Shown piece after piece: positions 35,829-48,166 of a stretch of 64,000 nucleotides of DNA (its first letter is position 1; each line of letters opens with the position of its first letter). The notes beneath the pieces were generated by a model, which worked only from the letters and a program-made list of their open reading frames with translations, did not search any database and was not told the DNA's origin. The position numbers were made by a program, and so were the translations under genes. The stretch is from the NCBI GenBank assembly GCA_021613535.1, contig CP075496.1, positions 9,920,001 through 9,984,000 of the forward strand. The letters are read 5' to 3'. The stretch is from Adineta vaga. Lineage: Eukaryota > Animalia > Rotifera.

Positions 35829-38800
35829 CTAATAAGGTGCATAACGAACATTATTACGCATACCCTATTTATAGAATATATGAATGATTTATTTATATTT
35901 ATAGATAAATTATCTTACGGTGATAGGGCCGATGGTTCCAGTTGGTGTTGCAGTGATATATGCAGTTTCCGGATATGCATGACTAAAAGAAAAAATAGTT
36001 TTTCCATTAAAATCGAATTCCAATACGTAACTATGCATTCAAAGCTGAAAAAGCTAATAGAAGACAATATATTGACGAAACATGCACATATATATATGTA
36101 TATGTATATTTATACAATAACTTTCATTTTATAATCGATTTGAACAAACTCATGCAGCATGCTCAACTAGGATAGAAAAAAAAAGAATAATTTGTCTGTC
36201 TATTTATATGTCGAGTCTGATCAGTGTATGAAAGGAGCATACCAACTGAGCAGGAGTAGTAGAAGAAAACATGGTTCGATATACTGGTAATGACGATCCA
36301 ACTGTTGCTGCTGAGGGATTTAATAGACTAGGAACGAAGGATAAGAACATAGGAGAACAAAAAACCCATTATGGGCACACAAAACACACATCAAAACAAT
36401 AATAGTTGTGGGTTTCTTTATTACATACCTTAACTGAGCAGTAGCTGAGGTCATATTTGTAGTTGGTGGACCGTTGATTATATATCCTGTTGGTGCACCA
36501 ACACCATTACTCATTGGTAATAGACTAAAACAGAAACATGAGAACATATTTAATTGGATTTTAAAATTAAATAATTCATAGACAAACAGCAGACTACTAA
36601 CAAGATCTAGAGTATCTGAGGAGCTGTAAATCATTCGTTCATTATTGTCTTACCCAAATGTATAAGCTCCGTTTGATTGTCCTGCTGTAGTAAGACCATG
36701 TGGTGTAGCGGTTGTTATATATCGAACACCTGCTTGTGATTGAGCAGCAAAGGGGTATGCTGTTAATCCACTCAATGCCGCTAATTGATCAGGATAAATT
36801 CTAGACAAAGATAAAAAAAAGTTATATCTTAGATATTCAATCACCAAATCAATTACATACGTATATCCTCCTGGTAAGGCAAGTCCAGTTGTAAATGCAG
36901 TGGCGGCTCGTGCAGCTTGAATTAAAGCTGGACGCTGTCGTGTATTCATGACTAAACCTAAATAACAAAAAAATATTTCAAATTCACAAAAAAAACAGAA
37001 ACAAATGTCAAACATACCAAATGGATTTGCAACCATCGGTTTTGGTTTTGGCTGTGATCGAGCTGTTGCCATATTGACCTAATTTAATCAAAATATTAGA
37101 CATAACTGTCAATAGTAAATGTCACATAAAATTAAAGAAAAATAGAAAAAAGAAAAAGAGCCAGACATCCATCGACAAAAAGCAAAGAGAAAACAACGAA
37201 ATCTCGCGAGATCGAACGTTCGAGCCATTCAAATACATGTGTAATGTGTAAAAAAAAATGTGCATGATGAACTACGACAAATAGATAAATAAACCAATGA
37301 ATGAAAAATGAGGAAGATATACATCAATTAGATTTTAATTCGAAACTACTTCAATGGAAACTATCGGAAACTAGTCAACGAATTGTGTGCATGGTGAGAA
37401 ATGAAAGATACATGCGAGCGAATAGTTCATTTCGTTCGCATTGACTCTATCAATGAATTGGTTTATTACTTGTTAAATAACGAACAACCATGCAGACATT
37501 ATCATCATGCGCTGAGAATTAATGTTTCAGTTTTTATTTACAAATGGTTTGCTTTTTTTTCAATATATACGATTCTACAATTTAGTTTCGTTCTATAGTT
37601 TCAATATGGGTAAGAATAAAACAGGGATAGAGCAGCGAGAAAAAAAACGTCAAAATTGATAGGCAACAGACAACAACATATAGGACACAAATTGAGCTAA
37701 GTATATAATCTAAATATAATTCTAAGGTTAAACTTGCACTTGTAGTGTAGATAGATAAATGTATACAAAAGTGATTGAATTTCATCATGCCCCCAATTTG
37801 ATAATGATTCATTTATCTGACTAATATCAATATATAAAAGAAAAAACATATGAAATTTTAAAAAAACAATGGATCAATATATTGAAAGAGACGAACAAGC
37901 AGCCACGAACAGGCATGCAACGAAAACAGTTGTTTGAAGTAAGAAATAGAGAGAAAGAAATAGATATTTGGTTGCCTTTTGGTTTTTTTTATATCGTTAT
38001 CTCTACCTCCTATCGCTGACGCGATTTCTGCTGTTAACATTGATTCGCAATTAATGTGAAAGAGAACTAGAAGAATAGGTCGTTTTTTAAAAATTTGATT
38101 AACAATCATTTCTAGATTTATCTTGTTTATATACGTACCTCAATTTTACGTCCTTCGACAACAGCTCCATGAAGTTTTTCACGAGCAACATCCGCGTCAT
38201 CACTTGAAGCAAATGTAACAAAACCAAAGCCCTAGAAAACAACAACATTGTTTATAAATAGAACTTATCTTTGAAAATCAATGTAAAATTCTTATGTGCA
38301 GATAAAAGACATGTCTCAGATAGGAATAAGTTACGCGAAAATGATTCTTTTACATAGTTGTTTATTAAATCGATAAAAAAAACAGTATATGATACAAGAC
38401 TAACATTTTCTTTCTAAGTATATCATTGAATTTCTTGAATAAGTATGTTAACATTTATATACGTCTATGAAACTTTTATAAAATCTCGAAATAGAGTGTT
38501 AACTATTTGAAAATTTCCGAATCAATTTAGGCTTGATTTTCTAGTGACCTCTGTGACGAGAGAAAAAGAAAATGTTTGATGCGTATTAAGTTCTAATCAA
38601 TCAATCAATCAATTCCGATAAAAGCTAGTGCTTTTAGCAACTCTTTTTCCTTCTGATGTCAGAGAAAGAACTTGAGAAACGAAGACACATTTCAACAAGT
38701 AATGTAAAGTATTATTCCCAATGAAGACAAAAACGTTTTCTCATATAAATCATACTTTTGATCCACGTTCGTTGAAAATAATTTCTGTATCAATAATTTC

Positions 38801-41791
38801 GCCAAATTGCTATAAATAAAAAGAAATAGGTTATGTTAATTATTCTTATTGTATCATTGGTCGACGAGTACGAACTTCGAACATTGCTTTGAGATCTTCA
38901 TCTCGAAATCGAAATGGAATATTAGATACATGTAAACGTTTTTGTGTCGTTCCAGATGTGGTACTACCAGTTGTTGATGATGTTCCATTAGGAGTTATCG
39001 TACTGGTTGATTGTGGTGAATGAGATAAAGAAGAATTCGATTGAGCCTTCAAAAAAACAACAACCATTTTTCGTTTAGACAATAAATATATATATATATA
39101 TATAAACAAAGTTTTTCTTTCACATACATTATCATTATTTATCAATTCATTGGTAGAGATTGATTGAGTATTACTATTCGTGGCTTCTATAATTGATGAA
39201 GATGAGGGTATATTAATTATTTCTGGTAAATGTGAAGTTGAATCGACAAGAAGATTTGTTGTTGTATTCGATAGTTTATTCGTTGTTCCTGCTGTCGCTG
39301 TCATATTTGCATATGCATATGGATGATGTTGACTAGATGATGAATCTGTGGTAGATGAAGATGTGACATAGGATCCTGGATGAACTAGATGAGAATGATT
39401 CACATTGGCTGCCGCTACTATCGTTGGTGATGTTGTCGTTGTACCATTAGTATTTGTTGTGGGATTTGAAGATGATGATGCAGCAGCTGCTGCTAATAAG
39501 GTAGGTACTAAAGGCTAAAATTCGAAAGAAATGTAATTACAAGTATGAATAAACTTTAAATAAGAAAATTTTTTGGGATCAATTTGTTTTCGTATTTTCG
39601 TAGAAATGTTTTCGTTCGGAAAAGAAAACTTACATTCAAAGCCATATAATTATCCGATGGTAAAAATGAATAAAGCATCTTTGTATTATTGTATATAGCA
39701 CCAAGAAAAATTCTTGTATAAAGATCAACAGAAGAATATTCTTATATTTCTCATTGCTACTAGAGAAGTATGAAAAGAGGAGAAGAAGAAGAGAGAGAGA
39801 AAGATAGATAGATAGAAAAACGATCTATATTAGGAAAATAGAATGAGAAATAGAGATAGATAGAGGAAAAAATAGAATAGTGCCATCAATACTCGCACAG
39901 AACATTAGAGAAAGAAAAATTCGGTCAATGTTTCTCGTTCATTAATGGAGCAAGAGAACGAATATAAACAACTGCTAAGAGAAAAATAAGAGAAAGAATT
40001 GTGCTATTCTTCGATCTAATCTATCTATCTTAAAGCCAAATATATGAGAGATGAGCAATGTATAATTAAACGTCTGGAAGAGAGAAAAGAGAAGGATATG
40101 TAGAAATATTGATGATGATAGTAGTAGCTGTATTCTTTTTCCTTTCTGCTTCTCTATCTCTGTCTTACTATCGTTCCATCCATCATCAATTCTGACACAT
40201 ATTAGCTGAATACCCGGCATTGCCACTGCATTTCTTTTCTCTCTTTCTTTTTTCTCTACTAATATATAGATATCGCGCCTTTTCTTTCTTCGTTAACCAA
40301 CCAAATACCACGTATGCTCGTTATCATCTGCCACTCGTTTATATATACATGCCAACAAATTTTCGAGAAACAAATCTGTATTTTGTGTATTATATATTTG
40401 CAATATCCCAAACATTCTTTTCTTTTCTCTCACGTTTTTTTTCTCAAAATTTGATCATTATTTCTTTTTATAAACATAAGTCATGATTAGTTTTTCGTAC
40501 AAGATCAAAGGAGGTCTCTTTTCTTCTTCGTTGTCTTTCTCTATTTGATTTGTTTTATTAACGAGTTTGATCTTGAGAAAGAAAGATAATAATACTGTCT
40601 GTGGTTGTAGGATAACTTCCGTTTTGTTACTTTTTTCCTGGTCGGTCCAAACACAAATAAAACAAACAGACAATTGCGACGAGTCAGTGATGGACTAATT
40701 GCGATTTCTTTTCACTAGAGAACATTGATATACTTAAACAGATGCTTTCTTTATACTCAGTTGCTCTCTTCGATCAATCAATCAATCAACTTTACAAGCA
40801 CGCCTGTTGTGCGTTGACCGAACTCTTTTTTTTTTCGTATATCTGTTTCTACATGTATATACATATATATATATATATTCATCGTCTTTCTACTCTTCCT
40901 TATCTGTATTTCTCCACCAAACACATACTCATCCAATTAGAATGTTGAAAGAAAAAAAGAATGAGGGCATAGAAGTTAGCTAGATGATGGTGAATGAATT
41001 GGCTAAAAATAAGAATGACTTCAATAATGGTGTCAGTGTGTGAACATTTGGCCGGAAGTCATATTTCTAACTAAATGTATATATAATATTCCTACCGAAT
41101 TGGTTGATGGATCATCGAATTGTTGTTGAAGATGATGAAAAGCAAGAAGACTATTTTTTGTTAGTAACGTCGGTGTTGAACTAGTATTTGTTGTAGAATT
41201 ATTATCATTATTGATTCGATTGCTTACAGTTGATGATGGAGTCGTTGTTAATATTTTTGAACTCTAAATTATCAAAATAAGAACTGAAAAAATTCCTTTT
41301 CTGCTTCATTTTACAAATGGAATTTAAGCGTATATATATATATACTGATTAGAAAATAAAATACTCTCTCCTTCTTCTTCCAGCAGTTACAAGCGTGCAC
41401 TTACAATTAACAACATACTGGTTGCGTGCATTTAACTAAACACCGCATATATATATATATTTGTATATGTCGAAAATATGATTATATTAACGTGAAATTT
41501 TTTTGTTCACAACGTTCTAATAAAGAATGATAGTACGAAGTGTTGTTGTATGCATGTAATCGTAAAAGTAGAGAAGATCAATTGAACGCTGAAAATAAGA
41601 AGAATCACATATATAGAATTATTAGTATGATTATAGTTATTGATTGATTAATACGTATATACCTTTCGATTTTTTTGCTTTTCTTTTCTTTTCTGTATAA
41701 TATCGAAATATCTATACAGTTCGACTGATTGATCACTAGTAGTGTTAGTAGTAGCTCTTCTTCTTATTCTTCTTCTTTTGTTTAATAACAT
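35829..41791 (-). CDS. RBFOX: RNA-binding Fox-1 homolog; proximal first exon ATG 39678, distal first exon ATG 41791
   Basis: [35 protein letters not shown]|[17 protein letters not shown]|VN, with a 54-nt exon (38809-38756) and a 93-nt exon (38231-38139). C-terminal RYAPY then stop at 35831-35829. Confidence 0.95.
36081..37919 (-). promoter_or_regulatory. Intronic (U)GCAUG Rbfox-binding elements in the RBFOX pre-mRNA
   Basis: Sense TGCATG at 37919-37914, 37494-37489, 36156-36151 and 36086-36081. GCATG at 37790-37786, 37510-37506, 37415-37411 and 36162-36158. Confidence 0.7.
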
Positions 41792-43295
41792 CGATGAAAC
41801 ATTCTCATTTTTTCTCTCTTATTTCATGTGTCTCAATTGGATTCATATGATGAGCGTGTTCGAAGAACGGACGTCGACGACAATGAGTTAGACGACGATG
41901 ACGATAAAACAATCAAAGATATAAAATGTGATTTTTTCTGTCTGTCTCTCTTTCTTTTCTTTTTTTGTTCTCTCTTATTTTTCTATCTGTTATTTTGTCG
42001 AGTTTGTGAATAGTGAAGAAGCATCATCCACTATATCCCGTAACAGAGACTCTTTTTTTCTTTCTCTAGCTCTTCTCGTTTTTTTTTATATATATCGTTC
42101 TCTTTCTATTGTTAACAAAGCCAATTGTATTAATAGTATGCGTGTTTAATGTTTATGATCGGATTTTTTTCTTCTTCTCTTTTTATATCTAAATCAACGA
42201 ATAATAGTTACATTCATACGTTCATACATATGAATGTTAGATTATGCTTATTTATGTGAGACATATACTTTCAGAAATGCATGCAATGAATAACGAATGG
42301 TTATATACAAAATATTTTGTTTATAAGTTTACTAACAGAAAAACATCAGTAACTGAAGTTGTTCTTTTCCTGATTATAAACTTCACGTTTTCTTAAAAGA
42401 AAGAAAGAAAGAAAAACGCAAGTGACACTCGTGACATAAACAAGGATTATTATCAAATCAAGCAATTGACACGTTCATAATAAATAAACCTTGCTGCATC
42501 AATATATGTATGTCTCTATGGATGATTAGCAAAATAAAAATAATTTCTTTTCCATCCTGTTCACTTTGATGCGACTAACAATCATTATGTAATAAAAAAT
42601 GTTAACAGGAAAATGTAAACTACATTACAATCCAAATATTTACAATGTATATACACAATAATAAATCTTCTTATCGTGTTAAATAAACTGACTCTTTGAA
42701 ATAGAATTAATTCAATCAGTATAAATATCATTGGTCTGCAAACTATTAGAAATTTAGATTAATAGAATAATGACTATAAATTCAAATTTATATTATGTCA
42801 GAATTATTTATCAGAACAATATTCAAATATATTTGATGTTCACACATTAACTAAAGAAATGCAATTATCATAATGATATGAATAAATTGATCAGTCTAAT
42901 GAGATTGAACTATTAAATCTATCCTCTTGAGATGAGTTTTATATTTGTAAATGATAACAAGTCAAGATGGAAAAGCTTTTCTAATCATTAGAAAACATTT
43001 TAACAGATTGGACATAGTTCGAAACACGAAGATATAGAGAATGAGTTTCAGTAATACGATGTCACTTCATATCTGTATAAAAGTGTGTATTTATAAGAGA
43101 AAAACTAGTAAGATATAACAAGCAAGAAAGATAACGACAGAAAAAAAGTGATTAAGAGCGAACTCAGTTGATAAGAGTTCGGACTTGTCAAACTAAAGTT
43201 CCTAACGCTATCCATATTACGCATGTCTTTAGTAGCAATATAAATATAGACCTATTTTTTTCTTTTTTGTAAACCATTTTCTGCAAAGACAAAAA

Positions 43296-44357
43296 ATGAC
43301 GACAACGATTACAAAAACTGAAACGGCTGAATTTCTCAATGAAATTGAAGCTATCTATGAACAACCGGCTACACATAAACTTCGTGCATCATCAACATGG
43401 GTCACCAAACCTTATAAAGAACGTAGTGTTCTTGAACGTCTTGCTACAATTGATTTAGCAAATAAGAAAAATTATGAAGTTCAACCGAAAAATCCCAATG
43501 TCCCACCAGTACATAATATTTGGATTGAACGTCTTTGGTTATGTTATACTGTTCCTCCTGCACTTATCATTCAAAGACTTTGGTATTTTTTTGTACCGGA
43601 AACTAGTTATTATCATACATGGCATCCTTTATTTGCATTCTTTTTCTATTACAGTGCATTCTTTATTTTTGTCATACAATTAGCCGGTCGTTGTCATTAT
43701 TACATGAAATTTTATGGAACATTTGATGAAGATAATCGACCGCGTGATTATGTTCCTGATAAGTTAGTGACGCGTCTTGTCATGAGTGTCAATATTTATA
43801 TGATTGCACGTACTGCTGGTGGCTTATATCTTGGTGGTTATGATCGAAATATACCACCATCACTTGGTCAGAGTATTTCATGGTTTTTCATTGTTAAAAT
43901 TGGTCTATGGTTGATTGCATTGGATTTCTTCTTCTATTCATATCATCGTATTGTTCATACAGTTCCATTTCTTTGGAAAATTCATAGTTTACATCATTGT
44001 ACAAAACATCCGACTGCTTTACAATCAATTCTTGCCGGTGATATACAAGAATTAATTGAAATTTTTCTTATACCCTTTGCTGCTTCATTAGTTATACCTT
44101 TAAGTGCACCTGAATTTTGGATTGCTCAATGTATACTGATCTATATGGAAGCTGGTGGTCATTCAGGTATACGTGCTTATTGGCCACATGTTGTTTTATA
44201 TGAAGTATTACGACCATTTGGAATGGAAATATGTATTGAAGATCATGATTTACATCATCGTTATGGTAAAAGTGGAATGAACTATGGTAAACAAACAAGA
44301 ATTTTCGATCGAATCTTCGGTACACTTTGTGACCGAGTTGAATGTGTACAAAAATAA
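43296..44357 (+). CDS. Fatty-acid hydroxylase/sterol desaturase superfamily membrane enzyme, intronless, fungal-like
   Basis: His boxes YHRIVH, IHSLHH and HDLHH, motif NYGKQTRIFDRIFGT, several TM segments. Confidence 0.9.
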   Translation: MTTTITKTETAEFLNEIEAIYEQPATHKLRASSTWVTKPYKERSVLERLATIDLANKKNYEVQPKNPNVPPVHNIWIERLWLCYTVPPALIIQRLWYFFVPETSYYHTWHPLFAFFFYYSAFFIFVIQLAGRCHYYMKFYGTFDEDNRPRDYVPDKLVTRLVMSVNIYMIARTAGGLYLGGYDRNIPPSLGQSISWFFIVKIGLWLIALDFFFYSYHRIVHTVPFLWKIHSLHHCTKHPTALQSILAGDIQELIEIFLIPFAASLVIPLSAPEFWIAQCILIYMEAGGHSGIRAYWPHVVLYEVLRPFGMEICIEDHDLHHRYGKSGMNYGKQTRIFDRIFGTLCDRVECVQK

Positions 44358-45656
44358 ATTTGTTGTTGATATTCCGAAAAAATAAAATGAATTGAATATT
44401 TCAAGGCTATTACTTCATAATAATAAACATATAGTGTAGATATTTGCAATGTCTCTCCTCTCTTCCTAAAAGAGAGCATACAATTTTCTATAGTTAATGG
44501 AACAAGAGACCTGCTGAGATGGAATTGAGTATTGCAGACATACATTTACAATATGAAACTTACTAGGCCTTGAATAATATTTTTCAAAAAAGTACACTTA
44601 TAAGACTTGTCGTTGGCCATCATAGTCCTTGAAAAGTATGTTATTAGGACAGATTCTAAGAATGTTTAATACTTTTCAAATAACTATGAGTGATCAACTA
44701 GTGAGAATTGCAAATGTTCGATCGAAGTATTTTTATGATTGAAATGTAACTCGAAGGTATTTTCATACATAAAAGTAATAGTTTCACAAAGACGTGTTTA
44801 TTGATAAAAATAGTTCTCTTATTGACATAAACGTTTATTAATTTCTCATAAAAACGACAATTCTTATAGCATTTTTTCTCCTCAAGGAAATTTCAATGTC
44901 TTATGAAAGAAAAAAGCCTGTCTTTTTTCGATTAATATCAAAATTCAAAATGCAAATCAACCAAGTTGTCTCATTCATAACTGAAATAATTCAAAAAAAG
45001 AAACGAATGTGTAAGGTTTTATCAAAACATGATTGTCAAGGACAAACTCTCGATCAATCAAATCTTGTTCCGCACATCAAAAACGAAAAGTTAATAGGTA
45101 AAAAGAAAAAGACATAGACACAGAAATCTATCAACATTTGTACATTTTTTTTTACATTCATTCATTTCACCATATCTCAGATCATAAAAAAGTCATCGAG
45201 ATAAAATTACTCTTAATAGAAAAACGAAAAATCCGAATTTTTCTTGTTCTATCTTCAAAAGAACCATAACATCAACAACACCTCAAGGATAATGTTTCAT
45301 CAAAAATACATTTTATTTTCATAGTCAATGTGATGCATTATTTAACTTTTATATTATTCATCAATACTTTTTCTTTTTCCTCTTTTTTTTTATAACTAAC
45401 ATATATACAGATCGAATTGCAAATAAGCACAAAGCAAAATAACCGCATAAGTGCTCTTTATTCCGCATGATTGTTGAAGGTTGTAGACATGTTTCGTCTT
45501 CATCTTCATCGGCTTTTTCTCTCTCTCTCGCTCGCTCGCTCTCTTTTTCGTCAACGACAAATGATGTGTATAAAAAAAACGCAAAGGAAGCGAAAATATT
45601 TTTTTGCATTTGTGACTATTAACATTAGTTGCTGAGTGTGTATATATTTGTGAAAA

Positions 45657-46976
45657 ATGGCTGCCGACAATAATGTTACGTCTTTATATTGTGCCATTAA
45701 GGGATGTGGTCGTACAGCAAATGTTTTATGTTATTGTTGTAGAGAAAATCTGTGTCGAAATCATTATAATGAACATGATTATTTAAATTCGAAATTAACT
45801 ATTTTAGCTGATGAAATTGATTCATTTGATAGACAATTATTAGGAGTTGATTTGAAGAAATATATACAGAATTCTAATGATAGACTTCATCAATGGCGAG
45901 TGGAAAGTTACAAAACAATTGATCAATATTGTGATCAAAAATATCGTGACATTGAACAAAGTTTAATGAAAGTTATCAATCAAAAACGTGAACATATTGA
46001 ACAAGTTCGTAAAAATATGCTTGATATAACACAAAAACGTAAGATGACATTAGAAGTTATTGAATCTTTAACAACAAATCTTCGTTCAATTGAAAATGAA
46101 ATGGTTGATATTGATCAAAAACACCTTTTAATTCAAACAACACCATTACTTCTTGATAAAAATCTAATTCAAATTGAAGAATTAATCGTCGAAGACTTTG
46201 ATGTTTCATCATTAACACCGATCTATAAATCGATTGATTATCCTCGACAAGGTATTTATCCTATAGCAAGTAATAATCAATATTTATTGATTCATCGTGA
46301 ACCCTATTTATGTTTACTTGATCGACATGTGAAAATTATCAAACAAGTTGCATGGAATCATGGACAAATATTTGATATGTGTTGGTCAGCAGCTTTATCG
46401 AAATTTTTTCTTATTACACTTAATCAAATCTATATATTTGATGTGACAGATTTAACTATTGAACAAATTGATACAACACAAAAATTACGTTGGCTCTCAT
46501 GTACATGTTCGGAATCGTCATTATTTTTATCAACAAATGAAAATGGTTCATCGATTTGTGAATTTAATTTATTAAATTCTTTACAAGCAGCTAAACGATG
46601 GGATTCGCCAGATACATGTTCCAATGATGAACGTATTCATGATATGATTTATAACAAAGGATCATTATTTTTATTAATTGAAAATTCTGCAACAGGTAGA
46701 ATTCGTGCTGAATTACGATCATCAACAAGATTTGATCGTCTTTGGGCAGTACAATTAGATATAAATTATCAAGGTAAAGTTTTTAGTTGTTGTTTATTAA
46801 ATTATGATCAATGGTTAATTGTCGATGGTAATACATCACGTTTGTTTCAATTAACAATGGATGGAAAAATTAAATCAACAAATCAATATAATCCAATACC
46901 TTGTTGTGCAAGTCTTTTCGGTACGGATTTATTAGCGATATCAACCTTTCAAGGTATTACTCTTCATCGAGTTTAG
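45657..46976 (+). CDS. B-box-like Zn finger + coiled coil + beta-propeller-like protein (RING-less TRIM-like), intronless
   Basis: CAIKGC..LCYCCRENLCRNHYNEH, a central helical region and a beta-strand-rich C-terminal half. Confidence 0.7.
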   Translation: MAADNNVTSLYCAIKGCGRTANVLCYCCRENLCRNHYNEHDYLNSKLTILADEIDSFDRQLLGVDLKKYIQNSNDRLHQWRVESYKTIDQYCDQKYRDIEQSLMKVINQKREHIEQVRKNMLDITQKRKMTLEVIESLTTNLRSIENEMVDIDQKHLLIQTTPLLLDKNLIQIEELIVEDFDVSSLTPIYKSIDYPRQGIYPIASNNQYLLIHREPYLCLLDRHVKIIKQVAWNHGQIFDMCWSAALSKFFLITLNQIYIFDVTDLTIEQIDTTQKLRWLSCTCSESSLFLSTNENGSSICEFNLLNSLQAAKRWDSPDTCSNDERIHDMIYNKGSLFLLIENSATGRIRAELRSSTRFDRLWAVQLDINYQGKVFSCCLLNYDQWLIVDGNTSRLFQLTMDGKIKSTNQYNPIPCCASLFGTDLLAISTFQGITLHRV

Positions 46977-47369
46977 AAATATCAAACAGAAATCTTTGAC
47001 ATTATACTCAATAGTATTAGAAAATCCAATATTATTTCTATTCTTGTTATCTTGTATATTCTTTAAATAATAAAAAATTAACATAAAATATCACTATATA
47101 ATTATCGACTTCTGTTGTCATTTGATTCTTTAAAGAATGTGAAGGTATAGTTTATAAAAAAAACTTAGTCAAAGTCAGGATGATTACTTATGGATTGTCG
47201 TATTTATGTCAAAAATGTCGAACGGTAAAGTTTTTGCATGAATAAGTGTCATGTTGGTTTTTATCTTTTGATCATTTGGATTTTCTTTTATTGAAAACAA
47301 CACGTAGGTGTACATCGAATTTACGTAGGAGATTTATTTAATTAAAAATGAAAACATTGATAATATTTT

Positions 47370-47738
47370 TCATCCCATAAATTCTCGTGGATCACCTTTG
47401 ACGATTGCTTTTGCTCGTCGTGCAAATAAGATTGATCGATCATGTTCATGAGGATAAGTATGTTCATTTCCAATATGTATGATAAGTTTTTTTGGATTCG
47501 ACGACGATGATTTCGAAGGCATACGATCGAAATAGAAGATTTGTCTTCGATGTTCATTGTTATTCATAATCAAATCATCAGCAACTGGTTCATAAGAATT
47601 CAATGGAATAGTTCGTGCACTGAAATAAATACAAAGTTTCTATTTAACTGAAACTAGTTTAATCAATTTTGAAACTTACGGAATGAAAACAAATATTAAG
47701 GCTAAGAATAGTCCAAGTAGATAACAATTTTTCTGCAT
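47370..47738 (-). CDS. Neuropeptide precursor (~102 aa, 2 exons) predicted to release AKAIVKGDPREFM-amide
   Basis: Exon 1 encodes signal MQKNCYLLGLFLALIFVFIP. A phase-2 intron (about 47679-47620) follows. Dibasic RR sites and a terminal Gly directly before the stop. Confidence 0.75.
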
Positions 47739-48166
47739 GTTTTTCAGATGGGTATAGAAATGCAAATGTAAAGTCTTATTTGTTGATAAAGAAAAAGAAA
47801 TAGATGGATAAGAGTGTCTGTCTATGCTTGGTTAAATTGAAAAGATGAATGTATTAGTAGTCAAGAAAAAGAAATCGTAACGCATGATGCTTTTATATTT
47901 GTTAAGTGTTCTGAGCGCCACCCCCACGCCCTTTTTCTATTGTCTTTCTTTTGGAATTGTTTTATTTTCACCTTTGTTCTTTTTTGGATCTAAATGGATC
48001 ACGTTCAATGTAGAAAATACATGACATGTCTAGTTAATGAAGCAACTCAAGAGATATATGAATGAGAACAATGAATATGATGGCAAAGAAGAAAAAAAAA
48101 CAGATAAGTTGCTCTTTTGCTGTTCTGCTTTTCAAGTATTTGAAAGGTTTGCAGTTTTTATTTTAT

